From positions 1 to 59,825 of the forward strand of contig QPMI01000307.1 in NCBI GenBank assembly GCA_004431415.1: a DNA stretch of 59,825 nucleotides, read 5' to 3'. Under the pieces are notes generated by a model. It was not told the DNA's origin, searched no databases, and saw nothing but the letters and a program-made list of their open reading frames with translations. A program made the translations under genes and the position numbers. The first letter of the stretch is position 1. Every line of letters starts with the position of its first letter. Positions 11,501 to 23,507 of this stretch are shown piece by piece. This DNA comes from Cyanophora paradoxa CCMP329. Its lineage: Eukaryota; Plantae; Glaucophyta.

Positions 11501-12713
11501 GAGCTGGGAGGACGGGAAGGCGCGCGTCTGCGGGCTCAGGAGGATGTCGCCTGCGGGCCGCCGGCGTGAGCGGGGCGGGGGGACGGAGCGAAGGGCGGCG
11601 GACCCTTCTCGTCGAACTCGGCCTCGATGGAGAGGTCCTTCGAGCGCGCGCGCGGCAGCGCCGCCCGCTCCGACTCGCCGCCGAGCCGCAGGCTCAGCGA
11701 CCCGGAGCTCGCCACCGCCGGCTCCGGGGAGGCCCGGCCCGGGGCGCCCGAATCGCCGCGGCCGGCCTGGCGGCGCATCTCCTCGAGGTGCTTTGCGCGC
11801 TCCGCCTCGAAGTTCTCGCGCATCCGCTCGAAGCGCTCGTCGCTCCGCTTGTCCCGCGCCTTGTCCGATCGCTCGCTCGCCCATTCCGCGCGTGCCTCCC
11901 GGTGCCCCTCAAACGCGCGCTCGTCCCTTCCGCGGCGCATGAGGCGCGCGTGAGGGCCGAAAGAGAAGCGTGATACATACCGGTCGCGGCCCCCAAGAGG
12001 GCCGGAGGAGGGCATCCCGCGGCCGAAGCCGGGGCGCGCGTCGGGGCCTTGCGGGCCGGTGGCGGTGCCGCGGCCGAAGCCACGGCCCGCGCCGGCTGCC
12101 CGGACGTTGTCGAAACGACCTCCAGGCCCCATGGGCGCAAGCGGACGATCGTCGCTTCCCGCAGAGTCCTCGCTAACCACGCGTCAGCACAAAGAAGAAA
12201 AAGGAATCTGCGCGACCGTACGAAGAAGCCAAACGCACCGGTCGCGGTTTACCCTCCCGGGCTTCGCGTTGCGATCCTCGTGCTCATGCGGGGGCGACGG
12301 GGACGCGTACAGATCCCGCAGGATGGTCGGGTTGGGGTTGGCGGGTTCGGTCCGCAGCCGGTACAACTCATCAGGCGTGTACACACGCTTGTTCAAGTTG
12401 AAGCGGCTGGGGTCGACCGGGCCGGGGTCCTCCTCCGCACTGCGAAAGTCTCTGAGGCCGCAATGGCAACGCCAAGGCAGAGCCGATGCGTGCGGCGCAC
12501 CCAGAGCCCGCGGAGCTGTCGCGGCGGTGTCGGCCATCTCCCCCATGGCCGCGGCTTCGTGAGCGCTGCGAGCGACGACCTCCGGAGCCCCCTGCGATAC
12601 GATGGCACCATTGGCCGCCGGATGGCGGACAAGGCGTGCAGCGAGCGGGCGAGGAACCAAACAGTCGCCGCAACGCGAACCTGCTTCGTCGCCGCGACGC
12701 TGACGGCTGCCAT
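8592..12713 (-). CDS. Large low-complexity protein resembling eIF4E transporter (4E-T/EIF4ENIF1-like)
   Basis: N-terminal YxxxxL-phi motif RVYTPDELYRLR (12361-12381), RG/RD-rich block, AMPRWL, ASRFSRFF (~10168-10190), LTLEDIE and C-terminal LQDLEGQYR*. Many short introns. The 4E-T assignment rests on short motifs only. Confidence 0.55.
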
Positions 12714-13140
12714 CGTCCTGGCCTGGGCCACTGCGACCGCCTTCCGGACGCCTCACATCGGCGCCACCGCCAAGCTTCGGGTCGCCGCCGCGGTTTGCTC
12801 TGGCAGCGAATCCGCGGCCAGAAGGTCCGCTGGGGCCGCGAGGAGGAAGAGATGGGCTTGGCGGCCGAGCTGCCGGTTTCGCCTCAGCGCCTTCCATGTG
12901 GCTCGCAGAGCTTCGATTCGAGACGAGTGAGACGATCTAGGATGAGTGAGATGCGCTGTGGAAAGCCCGACGTGCTCCGCTTTTTTCCGCTCAGGGGTAC
13001 GTGCAATGAGTAGCCTTGCGGAAATTCGTTCAATTGGAATTGTACAGCTGCAGCAGGCGCTAGCTTGGCGACAAATAAAACCGTATCATGCACACTTTAA
13101 AATGCGATCGAGAATAAGGGCCCTGCGGGCTTCTAGATCT

Positions 13141-16100
13141 TTAATCCTGGTCTGTCGATGGCGAATTGTAGCCGGAGGAGAACTTGGAGGGGGCGCCCGA
13201 GGGCCCGGAGAAGAGGGTGAAGATGGCGGGGCGCTTGCCGGAGGCGAGCAGCGCCCTCTCCTGGAGACGCGTCAGCGAAAGCTTACGAGATTCAGCGCAG
13301 GGTCCACGAACATGGGCCAGGTCTTTGTCCCAACGTGTTTGGGCCTTGCGGAGGGCGATCTCCTTGCGGACGCGCGATGTCGTGTCGGGGATGGCGCGGG
13401 CGATCCAGAGCTTGACCCCGAAGACGAGGTGCTCGATGCAGACCACCGCGAAGAGCTTCCAGAAGCGGCTTCCAGAAGCGCCGATCTGGACGAAGAGCTC
13501 GTCGACTGCGGGGGCGGCGTCGTGAGCAGGGCGCATCGGGTGCCGGCAGAGCACTTGCGGCAGCGCTCACTTGTCGTCGAGACGAAGCAGAGGATGAGGA
13601 CGTTCGTGACCTGCGGGGCGCCGCCTCGGGCTATGCCGCGGCTGGCGCGGGGCGGGGTGGGGGCGCACGATGGCGATGTTGGACTGCGCCGCGCGTTGGG
13701 AGCAACTCAGCGGAGTGTCGACCGCAAAGGCGAAAAGGTGTATTACGAATTTCGCACCTGAATTTCGAGCACGGTATACCACATACCGATGTTCTTGGCG
13801 CCGCGAATGTAGGGGCGCTGGAAGGAGCTCAAGAACTTGAATGCGTCGGTGCGGACCTCTGCAAAAATGAAATCGTTAGAATGAATCGGCAGGTTACCAG
13901 TTTTTAATGTAAATTTCGTACCCAGGACGTTGTTGAGGAAGGCGAAGACGGCGGCCAACGGGAAGCCGGCCGCGAAAAGGGTTACGTAGCCGAACCTGCC
14001 CCCGCGAGGCGGGGGAGGGGGGTGTCGGGCGAGGCGGCACGGGGGCGGGCGCGGGGGAGGGGGGGCCCACTGTATGATCAGCTCGTTGTAATCGTCAACT
14101 GCGGGGGCGGCGTCGTGAGCAGGGCGCATCGGGCGCCAACAGAGCACTTGCAGCAGCGCTCACAGAGGCCGCCGAAGATGTCCATCTTGCGGGACTGGAA
14201 CTCCACCCACGAGATCTCCGTCTTCGACGAGAGCACCGTGTCCAGGCTCAGGCCGCCCCCCTTGATGAACGCCTTCACACGCGGCAGCAGCACCTGCCCG
14301 GCGAGCGCCGTGAGCGCGGCGCTGGCCGGGAGGGGCGGCGGGGCGCGCCTCGATGATGTTCCCGAATACGATCTGGAAGACGAAGACGGAGGAGAGCTGC
14401 TTCTGGAGCTCGTACATGCAGTTGGGGGGGGCGCCCTCCATCACGGGCAGGCACGTCTGGCGCGAGCCCAGCAGCTCGAGCTTGAAGTTCTTGTAGAACG
14501 CGATGTAGTAGTACGCGATGTACTGCGCGGCGAGGCGAGGTCAGGCCTGGCGCGCTTGCCCACCGGGGCGGGGCGGGGCGGGGCAGGCGGGCGGGGCACG
14601 CGCGTTGTTGACGAACTGGAAGACGAAGACCTTGCGGATGAGGGCGGCCTCGTAGTGGGAGTAGTAGAGGTGGTTCTCCTTGTCCGTGATGTAGCGCGCC
14701 AGCCTGAAGTAGACGAAGTCCAGCACCCGGATCGTCACCGCGAAGGCCGGGCCGGCGATCACCGAGGCGAGGAGCGGGCCCCGCTTCTCGTCGCTGAAGT
14801 ACAGGTACCTGGGCGAAGACATTAGGCGGGGTTGGGCGCGCACTCGCGCGGCGGATAAGCCTCTGGACGCGCACTCGCGGAAGAAGAGCAGCGAGAGTGC
14901 GGCGATGACGACGACGAGGAGGGCAGTCGTGCCGACCGAGTAGGCGGCGGCGACCCAGGCCCAGCGCTTCGGGGCGAAGCGCGTCGTGTACTGCGTCTCC
15001 TTGTACTTGCGCTTGATGTCGGGGAACTCGGGGCGGCCCTCGAGCTCCACCCAGTCCATGTCCGGCGAGTAGAAACCGACCTGCAGGCGCGCGCCCCGTC
15101 ACGCGGGCCCAGGCCGAGGCCCGGGTGCGTCGCGGCGCTCGCCTTCTCCTCGCCCTCGAACTCGGGGCGCGGGATGATCTTCTTGTCGAGCTCGTGCTGG
15201 TCCCAGATGAAGGCTGCGCTCGTTGCAATCAACGGCCCCGCGCACTGGAAGCGCGGCGAGCTGGAGGCGCACTGTTCGTGTTCTCGTTGCGCTTCCAGTG
15301 CTCCAAGAAGTAGGCGGCGGCGATGGAGAGGAAGATGCAGTAGAAGGAGATCGCCGGCCCGTCGTAGCTCTTCAGCACCTTCTTGGTCACGATCCCCGTG
15401 TCCGGGTCCCGCACGTCCACCGGCGGCCACTGCCCCGCCCCTCAGCCGCCGCCTGGCCGGTGCCCCCCCCTCCCCCTGCCCCTTCCCCTCCCCGGCGGGG
15501 GCGGCACCTTGTCCGTAAACTGGAAGACGGCGACGATGATGGAAACGATCATGACGCTGAAGAGCCAGCGCGTGTAGCTCATCAGGAACGAGAAGTACAT
15601 CGCCACCTGCCGCCCACCATCAGGGGCGCTGCGGGGCGGGGGCGGCGGGGTGCGGCGGGGCGGGGCGGGGCGGGTCGGGGCGGGGCAGGGCGGCACCTGC
15701 TCGCCAAAGTAGTCGCGGACTTTGTTGAGGGGCACGTTGCGCTGCCAGGGCCACCACCACTTGCCGGCGAAATCCTTGAGCAGCTCCCGCCGGCGCTCCT
15801 CCTCGTGCAGGGGGAAGTACTTGAGAACGCACTTCTTCTCCACCAGCTCCCCGAACTGCCGCCCCAGCCCCGCCCCGCCCGCTCGGCCCGGCCCGGACCG
15901 CGCCCCTCCTGGCAGCGCGCGCACGGGGATCTCGCAGCCGCCCATGGAGCGCGGGCTCTCCAGCGCCGTCTCCACCAGCCGGATGCGCTCGCCGGACGTG
16001 AACGCGCTCTGCCCGCCCCCGTCAGTCCCGGCTCGGCGCGACGGGGCCCTCCCGCTCGAACCCCGTTGTCGCCGCGGACGTAGCGGCCCTGGGAGAGGCC

Positions 16101-17002
16101 GGCGCGGGTGAAGGGTTCGCTCTGCAACCAGTTCGGGTCCCCCGAGATCTTCGGCTGGAGCTGCCGGGCGGCGTCAGGGCGCCGGCTCGGGTCGACCCGG
16201 GCCGTGCGATCGGGACGCGCCTTATCCACCAGATCCTTCATGAACTTGGTGCGCTCAGCCTGCTCCTGCAGCCACGTCTCGCTCGCGCCGAGGCGGATGT
16301 AGATCTCCTCCTTGTCCCGCGACCGCGTCTTGATGATCTGCGCCCGAACGACCCCGCGCGCTTCAGCTGCGCCATCCCGCATCACCGGGTGATCCGCGCC
16401 GCGCGAACCTGGAAGCCGGCATCGCGCCTGGGGAAAGATAGGGCGCGCGCGCGCGGCGTCAGAGCGTGCTCGCGGGGAGGACAAGCCGCAAAAGACGCAC
16501 AAAACCTGTATTATCTCACGCCGCTTCTCTATCTTCTGCGATTCCGGCGCCGAAGGCTCAAACCTGCTGCGTGCTCATGGTGGGCTGTAGGCTCAAACCT
16601 GCTGCGTGCTCATCTCGTCCTGCAGGAGCTTCTTGACGAGCTGTCGAGTGACGCGCCCCTCCTCATCGTCGAGTTTGCCAGGGAAGACTACGACAAAGTC
16701 GAAGTAGCTGCGCGCCGGGGGCGTGGAAGATAAGCTTTCGAATCCGAAGGTCGCAGCCCTCGAATCTGCGGAGGGGCGCACTAGTTCGGGTACTTCTTGT
16801 TCGTAGGACCCTGTCGCCAGCACGATTAGATAAGCATGTCACCAGTTCGGATGTGATGACCGAGTGGGACCGACCTGGTGCCCGCGAATGTCCTTCGACC
16901 CGACGTCCAGCTAAACGAACTTGGGTTCAGCCGGAAATGAGGCAAAGTATGCGATCAAGGTACGACGCACGAAGGAGAGAGGAAGGAAGGTGCCGCCTGC
17001 AT
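13141..17002 (-). CDS. Anoctamin/TMEM16 (ANO10-like) Ca2+-activated channel/scramblase
   Basis: [108 protein letters not shown]..IPD. Confidence 0.95.
13506..13570 (-). repeat. 65-nt GT-AG intron, copy A of a duplicated intron
   Basis: 61/65 identical to the intron at 14099-14163. Confidence 0.9.
14099..14163 (-). repeat. 65-nt GT-AG intron, copy B of a duplicated intron
   Basis: Removing it restores the conserved anoctamin GLFDDYNE motif. Confidence 0.9.
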
Positions 17003-17313
17003 TGTCTCGACGGCTGCGAGCGCTGGTAAGCGAACTGAAGGGAACTGGAGCGACTGATTCACTGGCGCAAGTAGCTAGAGCGCTAGATCGTACCTCGCAT
17101 CCTGCGCTTCAGCTGGGCGGTAGTTGACGCCCGGCCGCTGCGCCATGTTAAACGGACGAGGGCGCTACCTGATGCGAAGGAGTGAGCGAAGCCGCGCGAA
17201 GACGAAAGCTTTGTCGCTATCGGCGGAAAGTGCCGCACCGGCCTGGTTGCGAAGCAAGGTTTTCTGAGAGACCTGTACCCGCGGTTTCAGGCTCGTCAGT
17301 ACCCCTGCCGCCG

Positions 17314-19279
17314 ATGGAAGTCGAGGCAACGGGCAGCGGCGGTTTCTCTGCGTTCAGCAATGGAAGCAGCAGCAGCAAAGTCAACGTCACGGGTGAGCCT
17401 TGCCCCGCCACCCCGCGCTCGCTGCGCCAGCACCCGCGGCCCGCGCGGCGCTTCCCTGGACGTTTAGCATGCAGGAAAGCACCAAAAAGATCATGAGAGA
17501 CGCCCCTGCCTGCCTGAAAATCGATACGTCGCCGCATGCTGATTTGATCTTAATCCCGTGGCGCCGCAGTGGAGGTGTGCTTGCTGCGGAACAGCACAGC
17601 GAAGCAGGAGGTGGTGGCGGAAGCCGTCCGGGCCATGCTAAAGTCGCCCTTCGAGTTCCCAATGTTCAAAGACGGCCCGCTCGCATTCAGCAAGCACGAC
17701 TTCCTGCGCGCGAACGTCGCATCCATCGTTGTGTCTGACATTGGTGCGCGCCGCATCGCATTGCGCTGCACCGCCGCTCCCGCGCCTCAAGCTTTCAAAC
17801 GCCCCTGCAGGCGACGGGAACGATGGAACTGGCATCGTGCTCCGCTCGGACGCTGTGCTCAGCCTCTACGTGTTCCAGCTGAACGAGGAGGGAGTCTGCG
17901 AGGATACCGACGCCAACGAGGACGTGTCATCTTTCCGGCAGTACGTGCTGCCCGCGCGCGAGTTCCACGGGATGTGGGAGAGGTGCAAGCCCCACGGCGG
18001 CATCTCTTGCGCCTCTATCTCGCTGAGCGACGCCTGCGCCCCGCCGCAGCCTCATCTTCGACTCGAGCGTTAAGCGGCACCTGTTGGAGTACGCGACCTC
18101 CGCCATCCTCTTCGCGGACAAGGGCATCGACACGAGGCTAATCACGTGGAACCGGTACCCTCCGCGCGCGCGCGCCCTTCGCATGCGCATCGCCGACCAG
18201 GCGCCAGGGTCATCCTTCTGCACGGGCCGCCCGGGACGGGCAAGACGAGCCTGTGCCAGGCGATAGCGCAGAAGCTCACGATCCGCCTCTCCGAGCGGTA
18301 CACGTACGGCCAGCTGATCGAGGTGAACGCGCACGGCCTCTTCTCCAAGTGGTTCAGCGAGAGCGGCAAGGTGCGGCGCGCCCACCCTGCGCCCGCTCCC
18401 TTTCGGGCCCCGACGCCGGCGCAGCTCGTGGGGCGGCTGTTCGACAAGCTGAAGGAGTTCGTGGACGACCCGCACTGCCTCGTCTGCGTCCTCATCGGCG
18501 CGCGGCCCGCCGCTGCCCGCCGCCCCGCTCCGCGCTCCTGACGCGGCGCGGCAGACGAGGTGGAAAGCCTGGCTGCGGCGCGGAAGGCGGCGCTGGCGGG
18601 GACGGAGCCTTCGGACGCGATCCGCGTGGTGAACGCGCTGCTGACGCGGCTGGACGCGCTCAAGGAGCACAAGAACGTGCTCGTGCTGACGACCTCGAAC
18701 ATCACGGAGGCCATCGACGTCGCCTTCGTCGACCGCGCGGACCTCAAGCAGTACATCGGGCCGCCCTCCGCCCGCGCCCGCTACCAGATCCTCCGCTCCT
18801 GCGTCGCCGAGCTCATGCGCTGCGGCATCATCGCCCCCGAGGTCCCCCGCCCCCGCCCCCGCCCCTCCCGCCGTTCCCCTGAAGGGCCGCAGCGGCCGCT
18901 GTACGACGACGCGAGGAGCGTGGAGCTGCCGTCCGAGAAGGACCGCTCCTGCCCCTCGGACGCCTACAAGTGCTCCCAGCTCCTCTACCAGGCCGCCCTC
19001 AAGTGCGAGGTGCGCGCGGCCCGGCCGCTGCGCTCCGACCGGCCCCGCGGCCGTCGCTCAGCCCGCCTCCTGGCAGGGCCTCAGCGGCCGCTCCCTCCGC
19101 AAGCTCCCCTTCCTCGCCCACGCCGGCTTCCTGCAGGCGCGGCCCGCGCCCCCTCGGCCCGCCCCCTCGCTGATTGCCGCTGCCAGGCGCCCTCCTCGAC
19201 CTTCGAGCGCTACGTGTGGGGCCTCCACGCCGCCGCCGAGAGGGAAGCCGCCGGCCGGAGAGAGCTCTCCCAGGCCTGA
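17314..19279 (+). CDS. PCH2: Pachytene checkpoint protein 2 / TRIP13 AAA+ ATPase (10 exons)
   Basis: [121 protein letters not shown]. Confidence 0.96.
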
Positions 19280-19520
19280 CGACACTCCCTTCTCTCCTCT
19301 CTTCATTATTATTAGCGCGCCCCGCACCGACGAATTCGAACCGACCCCGCCCTGCCCCTTCCTCCCTCCTCCGTCGTCTCGCGGCCGCCCGCCGCCCGCC
19401 CGCCCATCTCCGAGCACTCCGCTTCGAGCCGCCCGCAACCACTCCCGCCCGCCCCGCACGCACCCGCGTTCCCCGTCTATCGAAATATGCACGGTTTACT
19501 TCACGCGGAGGCTCGGGCGG

Positions 19521-22500
19521 CTACCGGCGGGCAGAGGGGACGGCGCCCGAGAGGTCGGCGAAGGGTACGGGGGAGTAGCCGTAGGCGTGCTGAGGGGGGT
19601 AGTGGGGCGTGCCGGCGCCGGAGAGGTAGCCGTCGCCGCGGACGGCCTCCTGGATGTAGCGCTCGAGGCCGGCGTCGAGGGACTGGCCGACGGGCGGGGC
19701 GCCCATCGCGGGGGGCGGGCTCCCGCCCTTGGAGCCCGGGCCCCTGGTGGCGGCGAGGAAGGCCTGCCCCGTGTTGGAGTTGGCGAGGCGGGCGGTGAGG
19801 ATGCGCTCCTGCTCCGGCGTGAGCGCCGACTTGATGCCCCGCTTGCTCCGCACGGGGATCGCGGGGGGAGGGAACGGGTTGAACGGCTTCGGGTTCACGA
19901 CCCGGTTCGAGCGCGTCGGCTGCGAGGAGGGGTACCCCTGGCTAGCCCCCGAGGCGCCGTACGTCGGGTCCGAGGGCGCCTGGAAGCTCCCCGAGGGGTA
20001 GAGGCCGCCCCGGGAGGAGGCCGCGCCCGAGGCGCCGTCCACCGCCGCCGCGCCGCTGGAGCCGCCGCCGCCGCCGCCGCTGCGGCGCCCGGCGCCGGCG
20101 GTGCCGGAGCGGAAGGAGCCCTGCTCGGCGACTGGCCTCGACGAGGGCACGCTCCGCGGCCGGTTCGTGCTGCCCGCCGACGCCGGCCGCGGCACCGCCG
20201 GGCCCGCTGCCGCTTCGGTCAGACGGCCCCTCGGGGCGAGGGCGGCGAGGGGCGGGCGGCGAACCGCGGTGCGGCGAGGGGGAGCGTGCCGGGGAGCGGG
20301 CGCGGGAGCGGGACGCCGGCCGCTGCTCTTCGTGGTCCGCCTCGGATTCCGCTGCGCAGGGAGGGGCGGCGTCGGGGGCGGGGGCGGTGGGCGGAGGCGG
20401 AGAGGGTGGGCGGGGCGGCACCGGCGTCGGGGGCGGAGTGGACCTGGAGCTCGACGACGACGGAGGGGAGGACCGTCTTGGGGAAGGCCTCCACCTGCCC
20501 CCGCCCGCCGCTCAGAAGCTGCTTCCGCCGGCGGCAAGGGGCGGGGCGGGCGCCGGCGGCTCGCCTTGAGGCACTTCATGTTCGCCGGGTTGATGCTCAC
20601 GGGGCCCGTGTCTGCGCACGCCCGCGTGAGCGGCGCCGGCCGAGGCGGGGCGGGGCGGGGCGGGGCCGGCGGGGCGGACAGAGGCGGGAGGTGCAGGAGG
20701 GCTTGGAGCCGTCGAGCGTGTACCGGAAGTCGACGTGGGGGAAGGCCGCCGCGTCCTCGATCACGAACGTGTGCTCCCGGATCTTGTACCGCACCAGCGG
20801 CGGCGGCAGAGCTGCACCGCCGGCGTCGGCGGGGCACGCCGGGAGGGGGCGGGGCGGGGCGGACCGGGCGGGAGCTGGAAGTGGACGGTCTTGGAGATGA
20901 ACTTGCCGTACTCGAAGGCCACGACGTTGATGGAGGGCACGGACGCCGGGTCCACGCCGTTCATCCCCGCTGCGCCGGGCGGCGTGAGAGGACGCCCTCG
21001 CCCGGGGCCGCGGCGGGGCGCACGGGAGCCGGCGCCGTCGGTGCCGCTCTTGGGCATCCCCGTGAGGCTCGAGATGCCGATCTTGGCCTGCGGGGCGTCG
21101 GCGCGGGGGCGACGGGGGGGCGGGCGACGGGGGGGCGGGGCCGGGGCGGGGGCGGGCCTGGGCGAGGAGGGGCTCGACGGAGATGCCGACGCCGTCGTAG
21201 AGGGTGCCGGTCTGCACGGTGGGGCGGCTCCCGTCGAGGGTGTAGTAGAAGGAGCACGGCTGCCCGTTGGGCCCCGTCCGCTTGTCGAGGATGAGGGTGC
21301 CGGCGAGGATGTCGTAGTGCCCCGAGGGCGGCTCGCTCTCCTCCGGCACCGTGAAGCTCGTCACGGGGCTCCGGTACTTGCACCGCGTCAGGCTCACCAC
21401 CTTGATCACCGACGGGTACGGCCGCTTCAGCTGCACGGGCTCCGAGTAGCGCTGCGAGCTGTGGTCCGGGTCGCTCCCGTCGAACGTCATCAGGTACACC
21501 ACCCCTGCCCCCCCGCCCCGTGAGCCCGCGCCGCCCCCCGCCCTCTCTCCCCGAGGCCCCTCCGCACCGGGGTACTTCTGCAACTCGAACCGGCGCGTGT
21601 CGTAGTAGAAGTGGCCGACCGGCGGCTGCAGCTGCGGCGCGCGTCAGCGCCGCGCTGCGGCGCCCGAGCGGCGGGCAGGAGCGTGCCTGGAGGAACTTGC
21701 GAAGGATGCCGTCCTCGCGGTCGAACTCCTTCACGTAGTCCGCTGCGTCCGCCCGGCTCAGGTCGGGGGGGTGGGGGTGGGGGGCAGAGGCGGAGGCGGC
21801 CGCCGCACCGTTGCGCATCTTGTGCTGGTTGCGCGTGCGGGCGAGGCGGACCGAGAGGGCGGCCTGCCTGAAGACCTCGTATATGTGGATCGAGTTGTAG
21901 GACTGGATCTGCGGGGGACGTGAGGGGCGGGGCGGGCGGGGGGCGGCGGGGGGCGCGGGGCGGGGCGGGCCTCGATATACTTGAAGTAGCCGAGCTCGCG
22001 GGCGAGCTGGACGGCCTCCTGCGAGTAGACGAGCTCGTGCCGCGCCGCCTCCGCCCGCCGCTCCGCGTGGTTCCCGACCAGGATCACCGGGATCTCCTTG
22101 TGCTGCCGCCCCCGCCGCCTCGCTTGCAGCGCCGAAGCCCGGGCGGGGCGGGGCGGCGGGCACCGAGCAGCTCTGGAGGAAGTCCTTGACCTCGCGGTCC
22201 CAGAAGGTGCGGATGTCCGAGAGCGCCCCCGGGTCCGAGATCGAGAAAACGATCAGGAACACGTCCGTCGCGGGGTAGTACTGCGGCCGCAGCGACTTGT
22301 ATTCCTGTGCCGGCGCTCAGGCCGGCCGGCCGCGCGGAAGCGCCGGGGGAGGGGCGCGCCTTCGTGCAGAGCGGCGCCCACAGCTCAAGCATGGCGGAGT
22401 CCTCGCGCGAGACGGAGGCCAAGGTCTCGTCCTCGGGCCCCCCGGCGCTGGGTCCCAGCATGATCTGATGCCGCTGGATCTCCAGCGGGAGGAAGTCCAC

Positions 22501-22798
22501 CGCCGAGGGCTCCGGCGTCACGCCTCCGCGCGCTGCGGGCCTGCCTCCACGCTGCGACTCGAGCGCGAACAGCTGCAGCAGCGAGATCTTCCCGCTCAGG
22601 TCCTCTGTGCGCGGGAGAGTAAGCCGACGCGCGGGAAATCCGCATGGAGGGGGCGCTCGCACCGTTCCCGAGCACCATCACTTTGTACGGAGCAGAGCGC
22701 TGCGCCTAGCCGGGGCTACGGGTCAGCTGTCGAACAGCTGACGCGGCGGACCTGGCCTGCGCCCGCACCGTGCTCGGAGACACTGGCGCCGCGCCCAT
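19521..22798 (-). CDS. Rho-like small-GTPase-fold domain (degenerate motifs) fused to three Fn3-associated/CHB_HEX_C_1-type repeats and a low-complexity tail
   Basis: YKVMVLGNEDLSGKISLL, LELWAPLCTKEYKSLRPQYYPATDVFLIVFSI, IPVILVGNHAE, EAVQLARELGYFKYIE, IYEVF. Repeats MTFDGSDP, YYTLDGSRP, RYTLDGSKP. Confidence 0.75.
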
Positions 22799-22881
22799 AG
22801 CTTTGTCTGGAGAAACTACTCGACCGTCCTTGTTCGCCTGGCACGAAGAGCCGAGTTCAGCGAGCGACCAAGGACGCATAG

Positions 22882-23250
22882 CTAGCGACGACGGACCCGC
22901 TCAATCGACAACCGGCGCCGGCGCAGGAAAAGGTACCTGAAGAGCAAAGAGAGGAGCGAATGTGCTTAGTTCCCAAAGAGAATGCCGAGAGGGGCAGACA
23001 GAGCAGCCTGCGCACTCGATTTCCTGGTCCGTCAGCTGCAGGTCCTCATTGGCCTCGATGAAGTTCGCCAGCTCCTCTTCCGTCATGTACTCTGCGCAGA
23101 GCAAGGCATCGGCGACACAGTCTAGAGAGACGGAGCCCGCCGCTGGGCCCGAAAGACCGCGAAGCGCGACAGACCGAGGTCCTCGTTGACGCCCCCGCCA
23201 GGCCTCCGCACTCGGCCGGGGGAGAGTCGGCTGCTCGATGTACGCGGCAT
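22882..23250 (-). CDS. Small three-exon protein (~68 aa) with an EF-hand-like helix pair
   Basis: Removing two GT-AG introns gives an uninterrupted frame MPRTSSSRLSPGRVRRPGGGVNEDLEYMTEEELANFIEANEDLQLTDQEIEYLFLRRRRLSIERVRRR* with strong host codon bias in the middle exon. Confidence 0.6.
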
Positions 23251-23507
23251 CCTAGCTGGAGGAGTGCCGCCTGCTGCGGGCATCGCGCTGCGTTTCCCGA
23301 AAGACGTTCAGCTAAAGGGGGTACAGCGACCGACACCGGGTACAAGAAACAAATACAAAAGTTTGAGCGTTCGGTCGGCAGCGCGGCCTCCAAGGCAAGA
23401 GCGGCTCAGCGCACGCGCTAGCAGCAGGCACAGCTGCATTCAGGGACCAGCGGAGCCCCTAGCATCGATCAGCGTTAGTGCGCAGCGCCCCGTACTGGCC
23501 AGGCAAG

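Noticed and set aside
17393-17568. snoRNA in the long first intron of PCH2
   Set aside because: No convincing C box (RUGAUGA) and D box pair or H/ACA structure by eye.
17314-19279. PCH2 as evidence of cryptic meiosis
   Set aside because: PCH2/TRIP13 also acts in the mitotic spindle checkpoint, so it is not meiosis-specific.
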